59,268 nt of DNA. Origin: an uncultured bacterium. Its GTDB lineage: Bacteria; Electryoneota; Tariuqbacteria; Tariuqbacterales; Tariuqbacteraceae. Shown here one piece after another: positions 52,032 through 59,268 of the stretch (the first letter of the stretch is position 1; every line of letters begins with the position of its first letter). The stretch covers positions 3,935-63,202 of the forward strand of contig CAYQZD010000001.1 in NCBI GenBank assembly GCA_964421875.1. The letters run 5' to 3'. Position numbers and translations under genes: made by a program. Under the pieces are notes generated by a model, which was not told the DNA's origin, ran no database searches, and worked only from the letters and a program-made list of their open reading frames with translations.

Positions 52032-52511
52032 CTATGCGATTTCCCCTAAAATCATCCCCGCCGCCCGCTCAATCCCCCGCTCAACCTCCGCGCTCACACC
52101 CGCGCCGGTCTCGAAATTCCTCCCCTCAATCCCAAACACCACCAGCTTTTTCGGCAGCCGCCCCAGCGCCCGCGCCAGTTCCACCGCCTCCGCCAGACTG
52201 AAACTGTGAGTGGAACAACTGGCGAATAATTCCCGCGGAAGCGGCGCAGCAGCCGCATCGAAACGATAAACCGCACCCGCCTCCCCCCCGGAAACCACCG
52301 CGTCGATGATGATGACCTCCTCCGCTCCCTCCCAAAGCTCCATCAACCCGGAAGCCTCCCCCTCGGCTTCCACTACACGCGCCCCCCCGAAAGTGAACTC
52401 CATGAGCCTCCGCGCCGCCAGCAGTCCCGCCGCGTCATCGCCCCGATAATCGTTGCCCACACCGATTATCAAGCGTTTGGGAAAATCCGCTCCGGAATTG
52501 GTCTCCACCAT
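52032..52511 (-). CDS. Hydrogenase maturation endopeptidase (HyaD/HycI family)
   Basis: IIGVGNDYRGDDAAG, IIDAV, STH. Confidence 0.95.
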   Translation of the reverse strand: MVETNSGADFPKRLIIGVGNDYRGDDAAGLLAARRLMEFTFGGARVVEAEGEASGLMELWEGAEEVIIIDAVVSGGEAGAVYRFDAAAAPLPRELFASCSTHSFSLAEAVELARALGRLPKKLVVFGIEGRNFETGAGVSAEVERGIERAAGMILGEIA

Positions 52512-52523
52512 CTCAGCGCCCGG

Positions 52524-53855
52524 CTAAACATGCTCTATATTGAGCTTCAGGAAATGACAGGAACAGGAAATGCAGGGGTCGTAATTCCGCACCACCTGCT
52601 CGCAATGCCAGGTCAGCTTATCCTTGTCCATATCGAGGTTGCGCTGAGCAAAATCGGAGAGGTCACGCTCTATCGTAGGCTGATTCTGCGAAGTCGGAGG
52701 AACCAGCTTCGCGTCCCGAATCAAACCGTAATCGCCCACAGTATAGCGGTGATAGAGTATCCCCCGCGGAGCCTCGGTACAGCCGTAAGCTTTGGCGGAA
52801 TGATGCGCCACATCGACCCTCGACTGCGGGGGCGGCTCGTATTCCTCGACTATCCGCAAACCCTCTTCACAAGCGAAAACCAACTCCACCGCCCGAGCGA
52901 TGATACTCTTGAAGGAATTGCTGCATACCGGGAGGAAATTGACCGCTTTCGCCTCGGCTTGCGCCACCGGTGTCAGTTTTTCGAAATTCAAATTGAACCG
53001 CGCCAGAGGTCCTACAAAGTAAGCACCCCGCTCCTTTATCCGGGAATGCAGCGATGTGGAGTGTTTCACATGCTCCTCTTCGAAATGCTCCTCATATTCC
53101 GATACCGGAATATCCAAACCCCTATTTGAAACCAGCCGACCCTCGTTTATACCGTATTCCTCCTCGTGCCGAAGAGCCACAAACACGTAATCGTAGTCGA
53201 GCTCAGGGAAAGGAAGCGTTGCCACGAAACGCACCGTCTTCACCGACGCATCAATCGCCCACTTCAGCTTATCGACTAAAGGCTGAAGCTCCTTCTTACT
53301 GGGAGCGCGGTAAAAGCCGCCCACGCAGGCGTTGACCGGATGTATCTCCCGACCCCCAATCACCCTCACTATCTCGTTGCCGATTTTCTTCAGCTCCAGC
53401 GCCATCTTCACCAGGTCGCCGTGGTCCTTAGCCATCTGTATAGCGTCCTGGTAACCCAGGAAATCGGGCGCATGCAGCATAAACACGTGCAGTGCGTGGC
53501 TCTCAATCCATTCCCCGCAGTAAAAAAGCCTCCGCAGCGCGCGAATCTGAGGGTGAACCTTGACCTCGAAAGCGCTCTCGAAAGCGTGAATCGAACTCAT
53601 CTGGTAGGCGATAGGGCAGATGCCGCAGATGCGTGCGGTGATGTCAGGCGCCTCCTGATAACGCCGGCCCCGAAGGAAACCCTCGAAAAAGCGCGGAGGC
53701 TCGAATATCTTCAGCTTAGCCTCCATCACCTTGCCATTCTTTACCTTGATATTGAAGCCCCCCTCCCCCTCGACACGGGCTAAATAATCTACCTTAATCG
53801 TCCTGGCGCCCTGTGAATTCGTACTTTCTTTATCCGACTTTTTTTTAGACTGCAT
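52524..53855 (-). CDS. hydA: Group 3b [NiFe]-hydrogenase large (alpha) subunit
   Basis: ARVEGEG, L1 RICGIC, EAPRG, PPTSQN, L2 DPCISC..H with cleavable C-terminal extension. Confidence 0.95.
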   Translation of the reverse strand: MQSKKKSDKESTNSQGARTIKVDYLARVEGEGGFNIKVKNGKVMEAKLKIFEPPRFFEGFLRGRRYQEAPDITARICGICPIAYQMSSIHAFESAFEVKVHPQIRALRRLFYCGEWIESHALHVFMLHAPDFLGYQDAIQMAKDHGDLVKMALELKKIGNEIVRVIGGREIHPVNACVGGFYRAPSKKELQPLVDKLKWAIDASVKTVRFVATLPFPELDYDYVFVALRHEEEYGINEGRLVSNRGLDIPVSEYEEHFEEEHVKHSTSLHSRIKERGAYFVGPLARFNLNFEKLTPVAQAEAKAVNFLPVCSNSFKSIIARAVELVFACEEGLRIVEEYEPPPQSRVDVAHHSAKAYGCTEAPRGILYHRYTVGDYGLIRDAKLVPPTSQNQPTIERDLSDFAQRNLDMDKDKLTWHCEQVVRNYDPCISCSCHFLKLNIEHV

Positions 53856-53914
53856 ATCGATATGCCTGATATTCTACAATTTAAAGTTATGTATCACTTT
53901 ACTGGGTTGAAGTA

Positions 53915-53981
53915 TAATCGTCATTCTGGCTGCGAAGCAAGCCAGAATCCTTCTGTGTAGGGGCGGTTCGTGAACCGCCCT
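53915..53981. repeat. GTCATTC-family hairpin fused to a GTAG-REP
   Basis: Matches 6907-6946; GTAGGGGCGGTTCGTGAACCGCCC at 53957. Confidence 0.8.
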
Positions 53982-54003
53982 CACCGGCAGCACGAAACCC
54001 GCC

Positions 54004-54783
54004 TTACCGCTCGTAAGCCTCGCTCTCCTTGCGGAAAGGTTCTGCATAAGCGTTATAGGTGCGGTAAAAACGGATAACATCCTCGGCTTTATAACCCAGC
54101 GCCACAATCCGTTCGCTCATCGAAATCGTATTCGGCGTCTCTTTAGGCCCGAAACAACCATAACAAGCGCGGTTGAAGGAAGGACACAAAGCGCCGCAGC
54201 CCGCCTGAGTAACCGGACCTAAACAAGGGAGCCCCTGCGAAACCAGCACGCAGATGTTGCCCCGCTGCTTGCACTCGATGCAGAGGCTGTAATTGGGGAT
54301 GTTGGGACGCCGGTTGTTAAGATAGGCGTTGATAACCTCCAAGAGCTGTCCCTTGCTGATGGGGCAGCCCCTCAGTTCGAAATCGACGAAAACATGGTCG
54401 GCGATAGGCGTGGATTTACTTAAAGTTTCGATATACTCCGGATGGGCGTAAACAATGTTGACGAAATCCTTGACGTCCTTGTAATTTCGCAGCGATTGTA
54501 TCCCGCCCGCAGTAGCGCAGGCGCCGATAGTGATGAGGAACTTCGAAACCTTACGCACCTTCTGTATCCTAATGATGTCGTGAGGCGTGGTGATTGAGCC
54601 TTCCACCAGCGAAATATCATAGGGACCCCGCGACACCGCCCGCGAAGCCTCTGGAAAATTGGCGATTTCGACTTCACCCGCAACCGCGAGCAATTCGTCC
54701 TCGCAGTCCAGAAGGCTAAGCTGACAGCCGTCGCAGGAGGCGAATTTCCAAACTGCTAATTTCGGCTTTTTCTTATGAGCCAT
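54004..54783 (-). CDS. hydD: Group 3b hydrogenase small (delta) subunit
   Basis: [41 protein letters not shown]. Confidence 0.93.
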   Translation of the reverse strand: MAHKKKPKLAVWKFASCDGCQLSLLDCEDELLAVAGEVEIANFPEASRAVSRGPYDISLVEGSITTPHDIIRIQKVRKVSKFLITIGACATAGGIQSLRNYKDVKDFVNIVYAHPEYIETLSKSTPIADHVFVDFELRGCPISKGQLLEVINAYLNNRRPNIPNYSLCIECKQRGNICVLVSQGLPCLGPVTQAGCGALCPSFNRACYGCFGPKETPNTISMSERIVALGYKAEDVIRFYRTYNAYAEPFRKESEAYER

Positions 54784-54784
54784 C

Positions 54785-55624
54785 TTATATCTCCCGCTTT
54801 TCTAAGAGGTCTTTTATCGTATCGTATTGGAACACCGGACCGTCCTTGCAAATGAAATGAGGCCCGTACTGGCAGTGTCCGCATAAACCCATACCGCATT
54901 TCATGTTCCGCTCCATCGATAAATAGATGTCGCTTTCCGCAAGGCCTCGCTTTAAAAGCTCTAAAATGGTGAAACGCATCATAATCTCCGGCCCGCATAC
55001 CAAAGCCAAGCAATTGGAGTGGTCGAAAGGAGCCTTGGGTATCAAAGTAGTCACCACACCCACGTTGCCGCGCCAGCTCCCCGTACCCCGATCCACCGTA
55101 ACATGAACCTCCAGATCGAAACGCGAACGCCAATGCTCCAATTCCCGCCGGTAAAGGATGTCATCCCGGGTGCGGGTGCCGTAGAGCAGCACTACCTTGC
55201 CGTACTGCTCCCGGTGACTTAGCAGGTGATAAAGCGCGGGACGCAGCGGAGCCAGGCCGATACCGCCGGCCACTATCACCACATCCTTCCCTTCAGCCCC
55301 CTCCACCGGCCAATGTGTACCGAAGGGCCCGCGGATTCCCAATACATCCCCCTGGCGGAGCTTCCCCATCGCGCTGGTAACCGCCCCCACAACACGCGTG
55401 GTATGAAACAACCGCCCGCCGTCGCTGGGATTCCCGCTGATGGAGATAGGCACCTCCCCCGTCCCGTAAACATAAAGCATATTGAACTGACCGGGCTGGA
55501 AGGAAAATCCACCGTTACCTCTGCCACTTTCCAACTCCAAGGTGAAGGTGTCGCCGGTCTCCCGCCTCACTCCCTGAACCTTGAAAGGAACCGGAAGCAT
55601 CGGGTCATTCTTCTGTCTTTTCAT
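54785..55624 (-). CDS. hydG: Group 3b hydrogenase gamma subunit (FAD/NAD(P)-binding, 2Fe-2S)
   Basis: [48 protein letters not shown]. Confidence 0.93.
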   Translation of the reverse strand: MKRQKNDPMLPVPFKVQGVRRETGDTFTLELESGRGNGGFSFQPGQFNMLYVYGTGEVPISISGNPSDGGRLFHTTRVVGAVTSAMGKLRQGDVLGIRGPFGTHWPVEGAEGKDVVIVAGGIGLAPLRPALYHLLSHREQYGKVVLLYGTRTRDDILYRRELEHWRSRFDLEVHVTVDRGTGSWRGNVGVVTTLIPKAPFDHSNCLALVCGPEIMMRFTILELLKRGLAESDIYLSMERNMKCGMGLCGHCQYGPHFICKDGPVFQYDTIKDLLEKREI

Positions 55625-55668
55625 ATATTTCTCACCCTAAATTCTGATAATACCGTGCTGCAGTATCT

Positions 55669-56040
55669 GTAGGTCGGAACCTAGTTCCGACATTATGTAA
55701 GAAGAAAGTTGTCACTCCTGAGAAACAGTCTATCCGACAATTACTAAAATGAGCGTCATTCCGGCTAGTCCGGAATCTGAAAGCCCATATTTCTTAAAAT
55801 TATCGTGCTGCAGAGTCCCCGCACTCTGCAACATTTACCTTGAAAATAGATTTACTGTTTCCTCGCGAGCCATTATTTTCATCCTGCGTTGTGGATGGTC
55901 GCGAAAAGATACCATCTATGATGGTTTATCCTGAAAATAGAATCATTTCCTCCCCACAGGATGGTAGTGCGGTTCGCGAACCGCCCTTACAAATTGCCTC
56001 ACATAACGACTTTCATGTTTTGGGATGCGAGGTCGCGAAG
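55669..56040. repeat. Repeat mosaic inside the hydrogenase operon
   Basis: GTAG hairpins (55669, 55964), GTCATTCCGG (55756), GCAGAGTCCCCGCACTCTGC (55807-55832), about 90-bp element shared with 58174-58260. Confidence 0.8.
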
Positions 56041-56058
56041 AAACAATCGCCTGAGGAT

Positions 56059-56517
56059 TTAGTGAATACCGTACACATCCAATAGCTGCAAGCGCGTAGC
56101 CTGGAGCCGCTGCACTATAATGTCCGCGAAGCGCTTATAGAAAATATAACCCAGCTCATGGTCCTCCTCGCATTTTTTTCGCAGACAAGTCCCGTCAACC
56201 GCGATGGCGCGCGTCAACTCGTAGGCTATCCCGGTGAAACGCCATTTGTAGGGGGGAATCAGCCAGGACCATCCCAAAATTTCACCGTCGGTAATGGTCT
56301 GAATAGTGATGGGACCCCGATTGGGAATGTTGATTTCAAGCCCAATCCGACCCTGGCGGATGAGGTAAAACTGGTTTGCGGGAGCGCCCTCCTTGTAAAT
56401 CCGCTGTTCCGGTTCGAAACGGATATTGGAAGCGCAGCCAACCACTAACTTAAGGTACTTGGGGTCCAAACCCTTGAAAAAGGGATGTTCCGCCAGGATA
56501 GGTTCAAGTGTGTCCAT
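56059..56517 (-). CDS. Stand-alone cyclic-nucleotide-binding (Crp-like) domain protein without HTH
   Basis: HPFFKGL, IYKEGAPANQFYLIRQG, GEILGWSWL; AGGAG RBS. Confidence 0.9.
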   Translation of the reverse strand: MDTLEPILAEHPFFKGLDPKYLKLVVGCASNIRFEPEQRIYKEGAPANQFYLIRQGRIGLEINIPNRGPITIQTITDGEILGWSWLIPPYKWRFTGIAYELTRAIAVDGTCLRKKCEEDHELGYIFYKRFADIIVQRLQATRLQLLDVYGIH

Positions 56518-56603
56518 TTAATCACTCCTTCGAAATATATAGCTATTATATAGTGTCATATTGAGGCAAACCACTGACTTCGCCCTCCAGCGAAGCCGGT
56601 TCG

Positions 56604-57761
56604 CTACAAAGCCGCCGCCGCCGAAAGCTTGGCTTCATTCTCCTGGATAGCCCGGATTTCCTCCGTCACATCGATACCCGCCGGACACCAAGTGATACAG
56701 CGGCCGCACCCCACGCAGCCCATTGCGCCGAACTGGTCCTGCCAGCTCGCAAATTTGTGGGTCAGCCACTGCCGGTAACGAGCTCCGGCGCTGTAACGCA
56801 CACTGCCGCCGTGGATGTAGGAATAATCCATAGTGTAGCAGGAATCCAGCTTCCGCACTCGAACCGCCTCCTTCCCCTGCAAATCGGTGTAATCCTCCAC
56901 CGTGGAGCAGAAACAGGTGGGACACACCATCGTGCAATTGCCGCAGGTCAAACAACGCTTGGCGATGCTGTTCCAAATTGAGTTCTCCGCGTGCCGGTAA
57001 AGCAATTCCTTCACACCCGCAGTCTCCACCGAACGGCCCATCATACCCGCCGCCCGCTCTGAGACCGAAGCCGCAACGGCAGCCTCCCGCTCCGTAGCTT
57101 CCCGCCAGCCTAAGGATTCAGCGATTTCCGCCCCCACTGTTGAACCGATTTCCACCACAAAGAAGTGCGAATCCCCCTCCAAAACCTCGGTCAAAGCCAA
57201 ATCGAAACCCGCAGCCGCTTTGGGACCGGTCCCCATCGACACACAGAAACAGCTCCCGCCGGGAGTCCCGCAGTTGACCGCGATAATAAGACTATTAGCT
57301 CGACGCGCCGCATAGCCGGGGTCGGCGAATTCGCCCTCTAAAAGCGCCCCGTCCAAACGCTGAATCGCCGCAATCTCGCAGGGCCTGACGCCTAAAAAAG
57401 CGTTCAAAGGCGCTTCAGACTCCACCACCGAAGCCTTCCAGCTAGTCCGAGTGCGGTGAGTCGCGCAAAGCTCCTGACGGGGGGGATAAAGGTACTTCTT
57501 CCAGGAATGCTGCCCCAAAACATATCCGAAAATGAGCTTGTCGCCTCGCTCCTTCAACCGGAAAATGCCTTTATCCTGCTCGTCGGTTATCCCTATCGGT
57601 AAATCCTGAACCTGGATTATTTCGTCTAACAACAACTGACCGTCACGAACCGTAGGCCCAATAATCCCGTATCCCTTAGCAGCCAAAGTATCCAGAAATT
57701 TCTGGAAATCATCCCCAGGAAAAACCGCTTTGACCCTGATTCGTGGTGATTCGTCGTTCAT
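56604..57761 (-). CDS. hydB: Group 3b hydrogenase beta subunit (AsrA-like 4Fe-4S protein)
   Basis: [44 protein letters not shown]; ATG 57761. Confidence 0.93.
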   Translation of the reverse strand: MNDESPRIRVKAVFPGDDFQKFLDTLAAKGYGIIGPTVRDGQLLLDEIIQVQDLPIGITDEQDKGIFRLKERGDKLIFGYVLGQHSWKKYLYPPRQELCATHRTRTSWKASVVESEAPLNAFLGVRPCEIAAIQRLDGALLEGEFADPGYAARRANSLIIAVNCGTPGGSCFCVSMGTGPKAAAGFDLALTEVLEGDSHFFVVEIGSTVGAEIAESLGWREATEREAAVAASVSERAAGMMGRSVETAGVKELLYRHAENSIWNSIAKRCLTCGNCTMVCPTCFCSTVEDYTDLQGKEAVRVRKLDSCYTMDYSYIHGGSVRYSAGARYRQWLTHKFASWQDQFGAMGCVGCGRCITWCPAGIDVTEEIRAIQENEAKLSAAAAL

Positions 57762-57868
57762 AACAGCAGACCTCTTCTCTTTAGTGGTTCTCGTTCCCCA
57801 CACTCCTGCGCGGGAATGCAGATAAGAACGCCATTATTACCTCCCATTCGGAAAAAACGTCCAATATA

Positions 57869-58260
57869 CCCCCTTTTCTAAAGGGGGCAGGGGGGATTAT
57901 AATCATTTGTAAGTCGGCTTATTTAAAAACCGACATACCGTCACATCAAGTCTTTAGCAAAGCGGAGACCTGACATCAATACTCCGAAATTAGCTTCGAC
58001 GACTCCGTGCAATACTACAATATTAATACGAAATATCTTGGTATTATGCTAATATCCCTAAACATTTACCTTGAAAATAAGTCTGCCAGTCAACAAGTTG
58101 CAGGTCGCAAGAATCCTATCAGTGCTGCCGGGTCCCCGCACCCGGCAGCATTCTGTGCAATCTGTGGTTTATCTTAACCTTAAAAATAACTTTGCCGCTT
58201 CCTTGCGAGGCATTATTTTCATGCTTCGTGGCGCGAGGTAGCGAAAGAGACCCTCTATAA
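57869..58260. repeat. Repeat mosaic between cysC and hydB
   Basis: CCCCCTTTTCTAAAGGGGG hairpin with following G-run, nearly identical to 5708-5740; AAGTC family 57946-57973; perfect-stem TGCTGCCGGGT-CCCCGC-ACCCGGCAGCA 58123-58150. Confidence 0.8.
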
Positions 58261-58264
58261 GGAT

Positions 58265-58885
58265 TTATTTTCCCCCTAACAATCCCATTTGTCTTAGATA
58301 TGACAAGATTTCGCTCACCAATTCTCTGGGCTGCTTGTCCGCAGTCTTTACCACCAGTTCAGGTTGATTAGGAAATTCGTAGGGGTCGTCCACACCGGTG
58401 AATCCCCTGATTTCACCACGACGTGCCTTTTTATACAATCCCTTGGGATCACGCTGCTCGCAGATATCCACCGGCGTATCGATAAATACCTCAATGAAAG
58501 GAAGGCCCGATTCCTGATGAAGTTTACGCGCCAAATCCCGGTCCCGGCGGTAAGGGGAAATAAAGCTGGTCATAGTGATTACCCCGGCGTCAGCGAAAAG
58601 CTTGGCAACCTCCCCGATACGGCGAATGTTCTCCATCCTGTCCGCCTCGGAAAATCCCAAATTCTTGTTCAAACCATGCCTGATATTGTCACCGTCAAGC
58701 ACATAAGCCAGGTAGCCCAGCTTAATCAACTCATGCTCCAGCGTGAATGCAGTGGTGCTTTTCCCCGAAGATGGAAGTCCCGTAAACCAGATAGTGCAAC
58801 CCTTTTGCTTAAGCAGACTTTCCCGCAAGCTCCGCTCCACGTGACTCTCATGCCACACTACATTGGTGGCTTTCACCTCTGTCAT
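58265..58885 (-). CDS. cysC: Adenylyl-sulfate (APS) kinase
   Basis: IWFTGLPSSGKST, LDGDNIRHGL, ENIRRIGEVA, RDPKGLY, FTGVDDPYE; ATG 58885 after AGGAG. Confidence 0.96.
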   Translation of the reverse strand: MTEVKATNVVWHESHVERSLRESLLKQKGCTIWFTGLPSSGKSTTAFTLEHELIKLGYLAYVLDGDNIRHGLNKNLGFSEADRMENIRRIGEVAKLFADAGVITMTSFISPYRRDRDLARKLHQESGLPFIEVFIDTPVDICEQRDPKGLYKKARRGEIRGFTGVDDPYEFPNQPELVVKTADKQPRELVSEILSYLRQMGLLGGK

Positions 58886-58938
58886 ATTATGCTCCTGATT
58901 GGTGAACAAGAATAATTGATATGCTACAATTGTAGTAT

Positions 58939-58967
58939 AATATAACCCCAAATAACCATAAAGTCAA
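58939..58967 (-). promoter_or_regulatory. Putative cysC promoter
   Basis: TTGACT-17-TATATT; perfect palindrome CTACAATTGTAG at 58924-58935 just downstream. Confidence 0.55.
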
Positions 58968-59067
58968 GTCCGGTTTGATAATTATTTCATTTTTTTCACC
59001 TCCGTCGTCCGTTGATAGAATGTCATTTCCCCCGAAATAGTCCGTCAAATAATAGAAAAATAACCAT

Positions 59068-59120
59068 TGTCATTGCGAGCGAAGCGAAGCAATCTTAATG
59101 ATCAATATAATCCCGTGACA
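59068..59120. repeat. TGTCATTGCGAGCGAAGCGAAGCAATCT repeat
   Basis: Related to 6865-6897. Confidence 0.65.
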
Positions 59121-59268
59121 AACCAGATTTTTAATGGTATAGTATTGGAAATTATTCTAATTGGATGGAATTTTTAAGGTGTGAAATCCACCGCGAACCT
59201 CACCGCAATCGACTGAAGCTCCCCCCCCCCCACACCCCACCCCCCCTCACCCCCCCAACCCCCCCCCC

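Noticed and set aside
52545-52585. Selenocysteine or unusual hydrogenase active site
   Set aside because: L1 and L2 motifs use ordinary Cys codons; the extra Cys in DPCISCSCH is at a variable position
2590-59120. Recurrent 26-30 bp palindromes as a CRISPR array or integron attC cassettes
   Set aside because: Dispersed, of mixed families, without regular spacers; no cas or intI genes; the flanked genes are core genes
59220-59268. Poly-C tract as a G-quadruplex or contingency locus
   Set aside because: Low-complexity run at the very end of the sequence, most likely a read or assembly artefact

Overview
A 59-kb chromosomal segment of a GC-rich diderm bacterium. Several proteins with Por/T9SS-type C-terminal tails suggest an FCB-superphylum lineage (inference). 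The left two thirds hold housekeeping genes (uvrA, bcp, clpX, lon, nnrE/D, hisC, asnS, carAB, tRNA-Arg-CCT) and large secreted proteins (LVIVD repeat protein, M14 carboxypeptidase, M16 and M23 peptidases, a C25 gingipain-like protein). They also contain a RelE-type toxin-antitoxin pair and an AT-rich vsr/C5-methyltransferase/endonuclease island between hisC and asnS. The right third is a group 3b [NiFe]-hydrogenase cluster: beta, cNMP protein, gamma, delta, alpha, protease, hypA-F-C-D and hypE, preceded by cysC. Between hypD and hypE sit an alginate-export-type porin, two tandemly duplicated O-antigen-ligase-like genes and a ribbon-helix-helix gene. Most longer intergenic gaps are mosaics of at least six dispersed palindrome or short tandem repeat families. 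Two of them are MITE-like elements with 8-bp target-site duplications, and an inverted composite repeat flanks uvrA. No transposase, integrase or CRISPR array is visible. All calls come from reading motifs by eye; no searches were run.
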